Shown: positions 9,882 through 19,940, numbered from the stretch's first letter. The stretch: 64,000 nucleotides of DNA from Syntrophaceae bacterium (GCA_018436925.1 JAHDKI010000017.1:88288-152287); one strand, 5' to 3'. A program made the numbers and translations. The notes: generated from the sequence alone by a model not told the origin.

Positions 9882-10035
9882 CGGACGCCTTTCCTCCGGC
9901 TTGGCAAATCGTTCGGGGCGATTCGTCTTTTTGGATAACGCTTAAAAGGGGATCGGATGATCAGAAAGTCAAAACAGCCGTCCGACCGGAGGAGGCCCAA
10001 AACGGCGCTCCACCGGCGGCCGGATGTCCATGCGT

Positions 10036-10230
<195 letters not shown>

Positions 10231-10288
10231 TCATCAAATTTAATGATCCGCGTCCGGCCTGTCTGAAATCGGCGCTGCGGCGCGGTCT

Positions 10289-10510
10289 TTAAACGGATAC
10301 CACTTCCTTGACGGACGGCACCTGTTGTTTAATAATTTTTTCTATCCCCATCTTCAGGGTCATCTGAGCCATCGGGCAGCCGTGACAGGCGCCGGTAAGC
10401 TTCACTTTGACGATTCCGTCATCGGTCACTTCAACCAGTTCCACGTCTCCGCCGTCCGCCTGCAGGCCGGGGCGAACCTTTTCTATTGCTTTCTGGACGT
10501 CTTCTTTCAT
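10289..10510 (-). CDS. NifU-like Fe-S cluster scaffold/carrier domain protein
   Basis: 73 aa. GGDVELVEV...GACHGCPMAQMTLK is the typical NifU C-terminal domain pattern. Confidence 0.85.
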   Translation of the reverse strand: MKEDVQKAIEKVRPGLQADGGDVELVEVTDDGIVKVKLTGACHGCPMAQMTLKMGIEKIIKQQVPSVKEVVSV

Positions 10511-10555
10511 TGTTTTTCCTTTCCTGTAGAAATCGCTTACGATGAAGCGAATCCA

Positions 10556-11146
10556 TCATCTCGGCATATAGCCGACCATCTGCGACACAAGCGATCCGGC
10601 CACGTTCGCCAGAGCCGGTTTGAGCAGAATATAGCTTTCATCCCGCGTGTGGCCCGCTTTCCACATGATTTTTCCGGTTTGCGCATCGATAAGCCGCATA
10701 GCCATGCCGACACGCGCGATCTTTTTGTCTTTTTCGGTGGTGTAGTTCCAAAAATCCACACTGACCAATAAAAACGCATCGGTTTTTGTGATGTCGCCGA
10801 TTTGTTTGCTCAACTCCGCGTCTGAAAAATTGAGCGTCCGGAGCTTGGACAAGTAAGACGCCAGAGCGTTTTGCAAATCGGGATTGGCGGCCGTCTGGCG
10901 GGCGAGCGACGACGCGTCAACGACATCCTCGAACCATTTTTTTTCAACCAGCACGCCGGGGACAATCTGATCAATGTGCAATCGCGCTTCTTCGTAAGTT
11001 CCGACATCGGCGGCAAACACGGCGATCCGGCGCGGGTGATAATTTTCAGCGGCCGGATCCAATTGAGAAAAACGCAGGCCGCCGCAGGCGGAAAGACAAA
11101 ACATTAACACGATGAGGATTCCCTTGGCGCATAACTTCCCGGTCAT
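10556..11146 (-). CDS. lipoprotein of unknown function (LpoB/DUF799-like by eye)
   Basis: Signal peptide plus lipobox LSAC. No catalytic motif recognised. Confidence 0.55.
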   Translation of the reverse strand: MTGKLCAKGILIVLMFCLSACGGLRFSQLDPAAENYHPRRIAVFAADVGTYEEARLHIDQIVPGVLVEKKWFEDVVDASSLARQTAANPDLQNALASYLSKLRTLNFSDAELSKQIGDITKTDAFLLVSVDFWNYTTEKDKKIARVGMAMRLIDAQTGKIMWKAGHTRDESYILLKPALANVAGSLVSQMVGYMPR

Positions 11147-11184
11147 GTTCTTTTCCCCTTCGAATTGCCTTTGAAGTATGAGCT

Positions 11185-12915
11185 TCAGCCCAGAATGTAT
11201 CCGCAGAAAACACCAAAACCCGCAATGATATAGCTTGTTTCCAGAAGACCTTCCAGAAGACCCCCCGAAAGCCCCGACCTTCTATCACAAAGTCGGAAAC
11301 AAATCCATAGATATAATAAACTGCCCAGGAGCAATACATTCAAGAAAGAAACGGGTCCGAAAGCCACGCTGATGAGCAAGATCGATAAAGCCGCTAAAAT
11401 AATCCCTTTGAGCATGCGCAGCGTGACGGTTTTGCCCAAGACCACGGGAATCGTTTCCCTGCCCAAAAGTTTGTCGGATTGCATTTCCAGAACATCCGAC
11501 AGGGCCGAACGGACAAAAACAAGAGAAAAAACAAAAGCAAAAGCCGCGGCCAGCGCGGGAGTGATCCAATGATCGCTGGAGAGCGCCGGACCGACTGCCG
11601 CAACCATTCCCCACGCGGTCGCCATGAAGAGATTCTTGGAGCCGGGGATATCCTTGAGTCGTTGAAAACGCCACCCGTTGGGCAAAAGTTTCATATTATA
11701 AAGAACACCGGCCAACGAAATCACAAATAAAAACATAAACATGATGACGCCAGTGTAAAGGGCGAGCCCCAGGGCGCAGGCCAGGGCGAAAACGGCCGCC
11801 GCCAAATAGTATTTTTCATAGCGCAGGTAGGTGGTTTCCCGAAAAGACCCCACATAGGCCGAGGCCTTGCGGCTGATGAGACGATTAATGACATGCATTC
11901 CGTAAACGAAAAGGGATGAAATGATTACAGATCTGAAATGAAAGGGAATTTTTTGCATCATCATCCCTGCAAGGGCCAGACAGCCGGCACCGAGCGCCGA
12001 GTATAGGTCGGTTTTGACCGACCAAAGCCAAAGCCGGAACAAGACGCCGACCTTCTTTATTTGACCGTTGTGCCGCTCGGCCAGCGTATCCATCACCCGG
12101 TCGATAATCCAGTTCGGTGTCGATGCGCCTGCTGAAACCCCGATGCGGTGGTAGGGTTTCAGATCGATGCTTTGGATTTCCTCCGCGGTTTCGATATGGA
12201 ACGTGGGGGTTCTCCGGCTTGCGGCCAGATCCGCGAGCCGGCAGGTGTTGGCGCTGTTTTTGCCGCCGACGACGAACAGAGCATCCATCTCCGAGGCCAA
12301 TTCAATGACTTCCGCCTGCCTTTTTTCCGTCGAAGAGCAGATGGTCTTAAAGATCACCGCCTGCGGACAGGATTTTTGAATTTTTTGAACAATTTGATTA
12401 TAGTTTTCAATATCCTGAGTGGTTTGCGCCACCACACAGACTTTATCCAGGCAGGGCAGTTCTTCGGCTTCCTTCAACGTCGAGATGACCTTGCCTTTTC
12501 CCCGGGTATATCCCAAAAGGCCGTCCACTTCAGGATGCGCGCGGTCCCCCACGATGATGACGGTGTAGTCCTGGGCGGCATGTTTTTTAATGATGCCCTG
12601 GACGTATCCCACCTTCGGACAGGTGGCGTCGAGAATTCGAATGCCGCTTTCCTTGATTTTTCTTCTTTCTTCCGGTGCGATTCCGTGCGCGCGGATGACC
12701 AGAACACTGTTTTGCGGGTTCTCAATTTCATCGATGCTTTTCACAGCCGTGATACCCCGACTCTTTAAAAGCTCGATCGTTTGCGGATTGTGAATCAGCG
12801 GGCCGTAGGTATAAATACGGCGTCCGGTTTCGTGCTGGGCCACTTCCAGCACGGCATCCACCGCGCGGCGGACACCCATGCAGAAGCCGGCGGTTTTCGC
12901 GAGTTTTATTTCCAT
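11185..12915 (-). CDS. ispH: 4-hydroxy-3-methylbut-2-enyl diphosphate reductase fused to a polytopic UbiA-like membrane domain
   Basis: The N-terminal ~300 aa is IspH/LytB, with the three cluster Cys in AGFCMGV, DATCPKV and KTICSST. The C-terminal ~280 aa is hydrophobic with ~8 predicted helices and contains DVLEMQSDKLLGRETIPVVLG. Start ATG 12915 shares one nt with the tlyA stop. Confidence 0.85.
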   Translation of the reverse strand: MEIKLAKTAGFCMGVRRAVDAVLEVAQHETGRRIYTYGPLIHNPQTIELLKSRGITAVKSIDEIENPQNSVLVIRAHGIAPEERRKIKESGIRILDATCPKVGYVQGIIKKHAAQDYTVIIVGDRAHPEVDGLLGYTRGKGKVISTLKEAEELPCLDKVCVVAQTTQDIENYNQIVQKIQKSCPQAVIFKTICSSTEKRQAEVIELASEMDALFVVGGKNSANTCRLADLAASRRTPTFHIETAEEIQSIDLKPYHRIGVSAGASTPNWIIDRVMDTLAERHNGQIKKVGVLFRLWLWSVKTDLYSALGAGCLALAGMMMQKIPFHFRSVIISSLFVYGMHVINRLISRKASAYVGSFRETTYLRYEKYYLAAAVFALACALGLALYTGVIMFMFLFVISLAGVLYNMKLLPNGWRFQRLKDIPGSKNLFMATAWGMVAAVGPALSSDHWITPALAAAFAFVFSLVFVRSALSDVLEMQSDKLLGRETIPVVLGKTVTLRMLKGIILAALSILLISVAFGPVSFLNVLLLGSLLYLWICFRLCDRRSGLSGGLLEGLLETSYIIAGFGVFCGYILG

Positions 12916-13673
12916 CAGGCATCCTTCGCTTTGGCCAGAATAAAAAATTCCCGGTTGCCGGCCGGCCCCGTAATCGGCGATTCGCACATTCCGATTGCGT
13001 CGAGGTTCACAGACGGGCAGACATCGCGGATTTCATCCATAACGCGCCGCTGCACGGATTCGTCGGAGATGACGCCGTCGGGACCGACTTCTTCTCGTCT
13101 GGCTTCAAACTGCGGTTTGATCAGCGCCAGGACAAGGCCGCCTCCGGCCAAAAGCGGCGCCACCGCCGGCAGAACGGTTTTGAGCGATATAAAGGAGACG
13201 TCAATGACCGCAAGCGAGGGCCGCTCGTCGAAATCCCGCCCGTCGTAGTGGCGGATATTCGTCCGTTCGATGACCACCACCCTTGGATCCTGCCGGATTT
13301 TCCAGGCCAGTTGTCCATAGCCGACATCGAGTGCGTAGACTTTCTTCGCACCCGCCTGAAGAAGGCAATCGGTGAAACCGCCGGTGGACGCGCCCACATC
13401 TATAACAACCCGGCCTTCGACGCCAAGCGCGAAATGATCCAATGCGCCGCGCAGCTTCAGGCCGCCGCGGCTGACATAAGGGGTGTCCGTGCCTTTGATG
13501 GCGATGTCGGCGTCAATGGGAACCTTCGCATCGGCCCGGTCCACAGATTCGCCTTCGATTTTGACGGAGCGCGCCAGAATAAGCGCCCGCGCTTTGTCCA
13601 CAGTCAAAGCAAGCCCGCGTTCCACAAGCAACTGATCCAAACGGATTTTCTTGATGCGTATTTTAATAGACAT
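12915..13673 (-). CDS. tlyA: TlyA family rRNA (cytidine-2'-O)-methyltransferase
   Basis: S4-like N-terminus RLDQLLVERGLA. SAM motif VIDVGASTGGFTD. Confidence 0.9.
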   Translation of the reverse strand: MSIKIRIKKIRLDQLLVERGLALTVDKARALILARSVKIEGESVDRADAKVPIDADIAIKGTDTPYVSRGGLKLRGALDHFALGVEGRVVIDVGASTGGFTDCLLQAGAKKVYALDVGYGQLAWKIRQDPRVVVIERTNIRHYDGRDFDERPSLAVIDVSFISLKTVLPAVAPLLAGGGLVLALIKPQFEARREEVGPDGVISDESVQRRVMDEIRDVCPSVNLDAIGMCESPITGPAGNREFFILAKAKDA

Positions 13674-13892
13674 GCCCGTGTCCTGAAGTTGCAGGCATCC
13701 GTGACGGCAATCCGTTGCAACTGTCTATAATTCTTAAGATCATTCTGACTTGGGATGGGTAAAGCATTTTGCCTTCGAGGTCAAGACAATATAATATTAT
13801 CTGCCTGCGGCGTTTGTCGAAAATGCTTACACTTCGCAAGTGCCGGAGTACGGCTTTATTGAAATCATTTATTATTTCAATAATTTATTTTC

Positions 13893-13908
13893 TGGCATCC
13901 TTTATGCT
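13893..13908 (+). promoter_or_regulatory. sigma-54 (-24/-12) promoter candidate upstream of the PEP-CTERM gene
   Basis: TGGCAT-CCTTT-ATGCT has GG and GC at the consensus spacing (TGGCAC-N5-TTGCW). It sits in an AT-rich intergenic region about 190 nt upstream of ATG 14101. Confidence 0.55.
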
Positions 13909-14100
13909 GAAATAACGAGGAGATCGCATCGTCACATTCGGTTTGCTTTCTTTTGTTGTTGTCCGGCTTCCTCACCGTCCCTATTGCTTTTGTGTGCAAG
14001 ACTTGGCGCGTTTCGAGTTTTTTACGAGGTACATGCGACCGATCATTGGTGCCGGTATTTCAAGGGTGCAAAAAAACGTTAGGTTAAAGGAGCTACGAAA

Positions 14101-14685
14101 ATGAAGAAGATATTATTCAGCGGTCTTTGCGTTATCGTTGTGACCCTATGTGCTTCATACGCTTTTGCCATTTCCGTGTGGTTCAGTCCGTCTGCTCCCA
14201 CGATTGAAGCAGGCGGCAGCTTTGATTTGGTCTTGATAGCCGACAACCGGGAAGAGGGATTCAACGAAGCGATTACACAGTTTGGTCTCGAGATCCTTTT
14301 TGATGAAAACCTCCTGATATTGGATGCGGTGACGAATTCAGGGGACTGGCCGGTTCTCAATCTTCTTGCCGGAAATATCCTTCAGGGAGGCGTAGGGCCT
14401 TATTTTATTGCTTATAGTGGAGATGAACTGATTCTGGCCACTCTTCATTTCACCTGCCTGGGCCCCGGTCTATCCACGATTGGCCTGGCCGGGGCTCTTG
14501 AGAATTCCAACGCTTTCGAACTTTGGGATTGGTTTTCCGATCCCACTTATTACGACTGGACGTTTACGCCGGCGATGATCAATCAGACCGGCGGATCGAC
14601 CTTGGTGCCGGAACCTTCCATGTGGCTTCTGACATGTTTGGGGCTTGTGGGTCTGGCGGTCCTTCAGCGCAGACGGAAGCAATAA
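14101..14685 (+). CDS. PEP-CTERM sorting-domain secreted protein
   Basis: Signal peptide MKKILFSGLCVIVVTLCASYAFA. C-terminal VPEPS motif, then a TM helix and a basic tail (VPEPSMWLLTCLGLVGLAVLQRRRKQ). Confidence 0.8.
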   Translation: MKKILFSGLCVIVVTLCASYAFAISVWFSPSAPTIEAGGSFDLVLIADNREEGFNEAITQFGLEILFDENLLILDAVTNSGDWPVLNLLAGNILQGGVGPYFIAYSGDELILATLHFTCLGPGLSTIGLAGALENSNAFELWDWFSDPTYYDWTFTPAMINQTGGSTLVPEPSMWLLTCLGLVGLAVLQRRRKQ

Positions 14686-14698
14686 AACAGTGGGTCTC

Positions 14699-14721
14699 AC
14701 CCGGATAAACCACATCCGGGT
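14699..14721. terminator. hairpin between convergent genes (possible terminator; no T-run)
   Basis: ACCCGGAT-AAACCAC-ATCCGGGT gives a perfect 8-bp stem. Confidence 0.3.
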
Positions 14722-14807
14722 AAGAGGGATTTCGTTCCGTCAAAAGGTGAAGACGATCCGAGTCGAAACCGCCGAAAGCAAGGGGTGCCGGTTTGCCTGG
14801 CGGAAAT

Positions 14808-15464
14808 TTATGGAGTCTGCCGCGTCTTGATAATTCTGGCGGGGATTCCCGCGACCGTGACATGGTCCGGCACATCCCGATTGACCACCGCCCCCGCTCC
14901 GATGATGCTGTTGTTTCCGATGATCACAGAAGGGTTGATGATGGCGCCTGTTCCCACGACGCATGATGAGCCGATTTGGGCGCCACCCCCGATGAAGATT
15001 CCCGAGTACAAAGTGGTATAATCGCCGATGACGACATCATGTCCGATGCTGTTGTGGGAGTTGATAAAAACGAAATCGCCATATCGGGTGTTAATGCTGA
15101 TGCCGTTCCAGTAGAAGGAGACGATGCACCCTTCGCCCCATACGGCGTCGGGCGCGATATGCGAACCCGGCGCGATAACCACAGGAAACCGGACAACGCC
15201 GGATCTTTTGAGTCTGCCGACAATATCTTTTTTTCTCTCCGGGTTTCCCACAACGCATACGGCGACGTTGCCGCCGTGGGATTCCAGCCAGGAAGAATTT
15301 CCCAACATGGGAAATCCATCAACGGTTTTTCCTTCAAGGGCCGGATGGTCATCGACAAATCCGGCGACCGTCCAGGATTCACTGGGCTGGTCCGTTCTGG
15401 TCAGGGAGTAGGCCAGTTCCCTGCCCGCGCCCCCGGCGCCGAAAATGATGAGCGGCTGTTTCAT
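14808..15464 (-). CDS. NeuD/PglD-family sugar O-/N-acyltransferase (hexapeptide repeat)
   Basis: N-terminal Rossmann-like IIFGAGGAGRE. C-terminal left-handed beta-helix repeats (IGDYTTLYSGIFIGGGAQIGSSCVVGTGAIINPSVIIGNNSIIGAGAVV). Confidence 0.8.
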   Translation of the reverse strand: MKQPLIIFGAGGAGRELAYSLTRTDQPSESWTVAGFVDDHPALEGKTVDGFPMLGNSSWLESHGGNVAVCVVGNPERKKDIVGRLKRSGVVRFPVVIAPGSHIAPDAVWGEGCIVSFYWNGISINTRYGDFVFINSHNSIGHDVVIGDYTTLYSGIFIGGGAQIGSSCVVGTGAIINPSVIIGNNSIIGAGAVVNRDVPDHVTVAGIPARIIKTRQTP

Positions 15465-15529
15465 GTGGTCTCCTTAAGTCGACAGACAAAGAAAGCATCT
15501 TCAATTTTCGAGGCTGCGGAGAGACTTTA

Positions 15530-17434
15530 TCAATCCTGCCCGCCTCCGGCCATGAGCGCTTTTAGCGCTTTAAAAATGCCTTCTTCATCCAGGCCGTACT
15601 GCGCGCGGAGTTCGGCCTGGGTGGCGTGTTCGATATATTCGTCCGGAATGCCCAGGCGCCGGATCATCACGCCGCTTTTGCCTTGATCGGCCAAAAGCTC
15701 GAGTACCGCGCCGCCGAAACCGCCCTGAAGAACGTTTTCCTCAACCGTGAGAACCCGGCCGGTTTGAGCCGCCCTGAGGATCAGCTCCGTGTCGAGGGGT
15801 TTGACATACCGGGCGTTGATGACGGAGACGGACAAACCTTCCTCGGCAAGCCTCCTTGCGGCGGCAAGCGCCGGATAGACCGTTACGCCCACGGCAAGAA
15901 TCGCTGCGTCGTTTCCGTCTTGCAAAACTTCACCTTTGCCGATGGGCAGAATCTTTAAGGTTTCGGAGCAATCGACGCCGAGGCCTTTTCCGCGCGGATA
16001 GCGAACGGCGACGGGGAAAGCGCTTTGGGCGGCCGTTTTGAGCATATGGCGCAGTTCGTTTTCGTCTTTGGGCGCCATGACGATCAGATTCGGCAAGGAA
16101 CGAAGATATGACAGATCGAAGATGCCCTGGTGCGTCGAGCCGTCTTCGCCCACGAATCCGGCCCGGTCGACGGCGAAAATCACGGGCAGATTCTGCAGGC
16201 AGACGTCGTGAGAAATCTGATCGTAGGCCCGCTGCAGGAAGGTGGAATAAATCGCCACAACCGGCCGCATGCCTTCAATCGCCAGGCCCGCCGCAAAGGT
16301 TACGGCGAGCTGTTCGGCGATGCCGACATCATACATGCGCTTGGGGAATTCCCGGGCGAAGAGATCCAGGCCGGTGCCTTCGGACATGGCTGCCGTAATG
16401 GCGACGACGCGGTCGTCCTGTTGGGCGAGTTCAATCAGCGTCCGGCCGAAGACCTGTGTGTAGGAGGGGATCGTTGACGTCGCCAGCGCTTTGCCCGTGT
16501 CCACGTCGAATGGCGCAATGCCGTGGTAGGTGGGCGAGTTCTCTTCGGCAAACTTGTAACCTTTGCCCTTTTGCGTGATCACGTGAACGAGGACGGGTCC
16601 GGGCAGATCGCGAACGTTTTCAAAATTTTTGATCAAATAGTCCAGTCGGTGGCCCTCCAGCGGACCGACATAGGTGAATCCCAGAGACTCAAACAGCGTT
16701 CCTGGAACGACCATGTTTTTGAGCGATTCTTCGAGCTGGCGCGACATTTTGAAAACCTGCTCGCCGATGCCCGGAATGCTTTTGAGAAAATTTTTCAGAT
16801 CGGTTTTGAGCCGGGTGACGGTGTGTCCCGTCATCAGCTGGTTTAAATGAGCCGACAGCGCCCCGACGTTAGGTGAGATCGACATTTCATTGTCGTTTAA
16901 AACGATGATCATGTCCTTTTTCCGGTCGCCCGACCAGTTCAGGCCTTCGAAGGCCATGCCGGTCGTCATCGAGCCGTCTCCGATAACGGCGATGGTTTTG
17001 TGCTTGTCGCCCGCAAGACAGGCCGCTTCCGCAAACCCCGCCGCAGCGGCGATAGAGGTGCCGCTGTGGCCGACGTTGAAGGTGTCGTAGATGCTCTCCG
17101 AGCGCTTGGGAAAACCGGAGAGGCCGCCTTTTTTGCGCAGCGTTGCAAATCGATCTTTGCGTCCCGTGACGATTTTGTGGGCGTAGGATTGGTGCCCCAC
17201 ATCCCAGATCAGCCGGTCGTCGGGCGTGTTGAAAACATAGTGCAAAGCCAGCGTCAGCTCGACGGTGCCCAGAGACGAGGCCAGGTGACCGCCTGAGGCG
17301 GCCACTGTCTGAATAATGAACGTCCGGATGTCCTGGGCCAGACGGTTGAGCTCCGGAAGCGTCAGCCGTCGGATGTCCGCCGGATCGTTCACAGCGGAGA
17401 GAACTTCATAATCGGCGATTTCGATTGGTTTCAT
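15530..17434 (-). CDS. dxs: 1-deoxy-D-xylulose-5-phosphate synthase
   Basis: LASSLGTVELTLALHYVF, GHSGTSI, and ThDP motif GDGSMTTGMAFEGLN. 634 aa. Confidence 0.95.
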   Translation of the reverse strand: MKPIEIADYEVLSAVNDPADIRRLTLPELNRLAQDIRTFIIQTVAASGGHLASSLGTVELTLALHYVFNTPDDRLIWDVGHQSYAHKIVTGRKDRFATLRKKGGLSGFPKRSESIYDTFNVGHSGTSIAAAAGFAEAACLAGDKHKTIAVIGDGSMTTGMAFEGLNWSGDRKKDMIIVLNDNEMSISPNVGALSAHLNQLMTGHTVTRLKTDLKNFLKSIPGIGEQVFKMSRQLEESLKNMVVPGTLFESLGFTYVGPLEGHRLDYLIKNFENVRDLPGPVLVHVITQKGKGYKFAEENSPTYHGIAPFDVDTGKALATSTIPSYTQVFGRTLIELAQQDDRVVAITAAMSEGTGLDLFAREFPKRMYDVGIAEQLAVTFAAGLAIEGMRPVVAIYSTFLQRAYDQISHDVCLQNLPVIFAVDRAGFVGEDGSTHQGIFDLSYLRSLPNLIVMAPKDENELRHMLKTAAQSAFPVAVRYPRGKGLGVDCSETLKILPIGKGEVLQDGNDAAILAVGVTVYPALAAARRLAEEGLSVSVINARYVKPLDTELILRAAQTGRVLTVEENVLQGGFGGAVLELLADQGKSGVMIRRLGIPDEYIEHATQAELRAQYGLDEEGIFKALKALMAGGGQD

Positions 17435-17450
17435 AGGGCGTCGGGTGCTT

Positions 17451-18350
17451 TCACATTTTTCTGTCCATGATGTAGCGGGCGATCACGCGCAACGGCAGAG
17501 CCCGGGCGTCAAAGGCGTCAATGCTGTCGATTGCCTGTTCCACATGCTGGGCGAGGTTGGTTTTGGCGGCGTCGAGTCCCAGAAGCGACGGATAGGTGAC
17601 TTTGCCCATCGCCGCGTCGCTGCCGGTGCTTTTGCCCATCAGCTCCGCGTCGCCTTCGATATTGAGCACGTCATCCGCTATCTGAAACGCCATGCCGACA
17701 TGATGACCGAACTTAGCCAGGGCGGATATCTTCTGTTCGCCGGCTCCGGCCAGGATCGCGCCGGCCTTAACCGAGGCGGTGAGGAGCGCGCCGGTCTTGC
17801 GGCGATGGATTTCCTGCAGGCCCCGGAAGTCCGGTTTGACTTTTTCCGCCCCGATATCCAGCGCCTGGCCGCCCACCATGCCGGCCAGTCCCGCGGCAGC
17901 CGCGATTTCCTGAATGACCGCAAGACGCCTCTCCGCCGGCGTGGGAATTTTCTCCGAGCGGGACAAAAGGACAAACGCTTCCGTCAGAAGCGCGTCGCCG
18001 GCGAGAATCGCGGTCGCTTCGCCGAAGGCTTTATGGCAGGTGGGTTTGCCCCGGCGTAGATCGTCGTTGTCCATGGCCGGCAAATCGTCGTGAATGAGCG
18101 AATAGGTGTGAATGAATTCCAGCGCGCAGGCCGTGGGCATGGCCGCTGCGAGATCTCCGCCGCAGGCCTCATGCGCGGCCAGGCATAAAATCGGCCGGAT
18201 GCGTTTGCCGCCCGCAAACACGCTGTAATGCACCGCCGTGTGCAGATCCTGAGGAAGGGTATCCTCGTCGGGAAGGTAGCGTTGGAGCGCCTCTTCCACA
18301 ATCTTGCGACGGTCCTTGAGGTAGGCGTCCAGGAATTCTTCAGGATTCAT
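17451..18350 (-). CDS. ispA: polyprenyl (farnesyl/geranylgeranyl) diphosphate synthase
   Basis: LIHDDLPAMDNDDLRRGKP and FQIADDVLN aspartate-rich motifs. ATG 18350 (MNPEEF) overlaps the xseB end by 11 nt. The longer track start is rejected. Confidence 0.9.
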   Translation of the reverse strand: MNPEEFLDAYLKDRRKIVEEALQRYLPDEDTLPQDLHTAVHYSVFAGGKRIRPILCLAAHEACGGDLAAAMPTACALEFIHTYSLIHDDLPAMDNDDLRRGKPTCHKAFGEATAILAGDALLTEAFVLLSRSEKIPTPAERRLAVIQEIAAAAGLAGMVGGQALDIGAEKVKPDFRGLQEIHRRKTGALLTASVKAGAILAGAGEQKISALAKFGHHVGMAFQIADDVLNIEGDAELMGKSTGSDAAMGKVTYPSLLGLDAAKTNLAQHVEQAIDSIDAFDARALPLRVIARYIMDRKM

Positions 18351-18576
18351 GACCCTCCTCATTCGCAAAGGGGCGGGTGTCGGTCTGATCGTTTTTCTCC
18401 AGGAGCTGGTCAACCCGGCGTTGGGTGTCGTCCAGTTTTGCCTGGCACAAGCGAATCAGGCGGATGCCCTCCTCGAAAGATTTCAAAGCCGAATCGAGCG
18501 GCATTTGCCCCGCCTCCATCTCACGGACGATGGTTTCGAGTTTGTCCATCGCGTCTTCGAATTTTTCTTTGGCCAT
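18340..18576 (-). CDS. xseB: exodeoxyribonuclease VII small subunit
   Basis: 78 aa. FEDAMDKLETIVREME...LDSALKSFEEGIRL matches the typical XseB pattern, and the gene sits between xseA and ispA. Confidence 0.9.
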   Translation of the reverse strand: MAKEKFEDAMDKLETIVREMEAGQMPLDSALKSFEEGIRLIRLCQAKLDDTQRRVDQLLEKNDQTDTRPFANEEGHES

Positions 18577-18581
18577 ACACT

Positions 18582-19940
18582 TTACTCTCCGGTAATTTTT
18601 TCCACCCTGGCCACGGCCGAACCTTTCGCGAAGGCAATGTGCAGGCTGTCATGGACCATCAGCGTCTCCGACGTTTTGAGAATCTCTCCCGAAGGCAGAA
18701 GTCGGGTAATGCTGTAGCCGCGTTTGAGCACCGCCAGCGGACTGAGCGACGAAAGCAGCGCCGAGGCGGCGGTCAGGCGCTCGCGGCGCGCCGCTAAAAG
18801 CCGTAGACAGGCGTTTTGCAGGTTTTTTGTCAAATGGGCAAGCAAAATTTTCTTTTCCTTGGTCAGTCGGGCCGGGCTGGCGGAAGCCAGTTGCGCGTCG
18901 ATTCGCGCCAGACCATGGATCCGATCCTTCAGGATCAAATGCATTGACCGCCGCAGCCGTTCACCCAGATCGTCGAGCGTGAGGCGGTAATCATCCAGAA
19001 ACCGGCGCGGGTCTTTGAATCGGGTTTGCGCGGTCTCAAGGGCTCGCCGCCGGTCGGCCAGAATGCGGGCGGTGGAGACCGACAGACGCGCGCGCAGATC
19101 GTTCAGATCTTCGAGCAGATCGGCGCGATCGGGCACAACCAGCTCCGCCGCAGCCGAAGGCGTCGGGGCGCGCAGATCCGCGACAAAGTCGCAAATGGTG
19201 AAATCCGTTTCATGGCCGACCGCGGAGATGACCGGGACGGACAAACCATAAATGGCGCGGGCCAGGCCTTCGTCATTGAAAGGCGCGAGGTCTTCGAGCG
19301 AGCCGCCTCCCCGGGCGATGATGATGACGTCGACCAGGGCGGATTTTTCCAGACGCCGAAGCGCCGATATGAGTTCGCCTGCGGCCTCAGCGCCCTGGAC
19401 GCGGGCCGGCGCGATCAGGATGTTCACAGACGGAAAGCGCCTGGCCGTCACATGCAGGATGTCGCGTATGACCGCGCCGGTGGGCGAGGTCACCACCCCG
19501 ATGCGATGCGGGATGAAGGGGATCGGTTTTTTGCGGGAGTCTTCAAAAAGGCCTTCGGCGGCGAGCCTGGCCTTGAGTTGTTCAAAGGCCTTCTGCAAAG
19601 CCCCGATGCCCAGAGGCTCGACGGACTCGACAATAAGCTGGTACTCGCCGCGAGGCGCATAAACCCCCAGACGGCAACGGCAAAGCACCTTAACGCCGTC
19701 TTCCAGTTCAAAGCTTGCCGGTCTGGGTCGGCCGTAGCCGAATTGCCGGAAATAGACCGCCCGGATCTGGCTTTTTTCGTCTTTGAGTGTGAAATAGACA
19801 TGGCCCGAACCGGGGCGGCGCAGGTTGGAGACTTCGCCTTCCACCCAAAGCGTTTCGAATGTCTCTTCCAGGAGGCCCTTGATGTGCTCGTTTAATTGTG
19901 AAACCGTCAGAATATCATTCATTTGTCTGATCCAGGCCAT
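18582..19940 (-). CDS. xseA: exodeoxyribonuclease VII large subunit
   Basis: LTVSQLNEHIKGLLE...VEGEVSN OB-fold N-terminus, VISAVGHETD catalytic-region motif. The start could instead be the ATG at 19922. Confidence 0.9.
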   Translation of the reverse strand: MAWIRQMNDILTVSQLNEHIKGLLEETFETLWVEGEVSNLRRPGSGHVYFTLKDEKSQIRAVYFRQFGYGRPRPASFELEDGVKVLCRCRLGVYAPRGEYQLIVESVEPLGIGALQKAFEQLKARLAAEGLFEDSRKKPIPFIPHRIGVVTSPTGAVIRDILHVTARRFPSVNILIAPARVQGAEAAGELISALRRLEKSALVDVIIIARGGGSLEDLAPFNDEGLARAIYGLSVPVISAVGHETDFTICDFVADLRAPTPSAAAELVVPDRADLLEDLNDLRARLSVSTARILADRRRALETAQTRFKDPRRFLDDYRLTLDDLGERLRRSMHLILKDRIHGLARIDAQLASASPARLTKEKKILLAHLTKNLQNACLRLLAARRERLTAASALLSSLSPLAVLKRGYSITRLLPSGEILKTSETLMVHDSLHIAFAKGSAVARVEKITGE

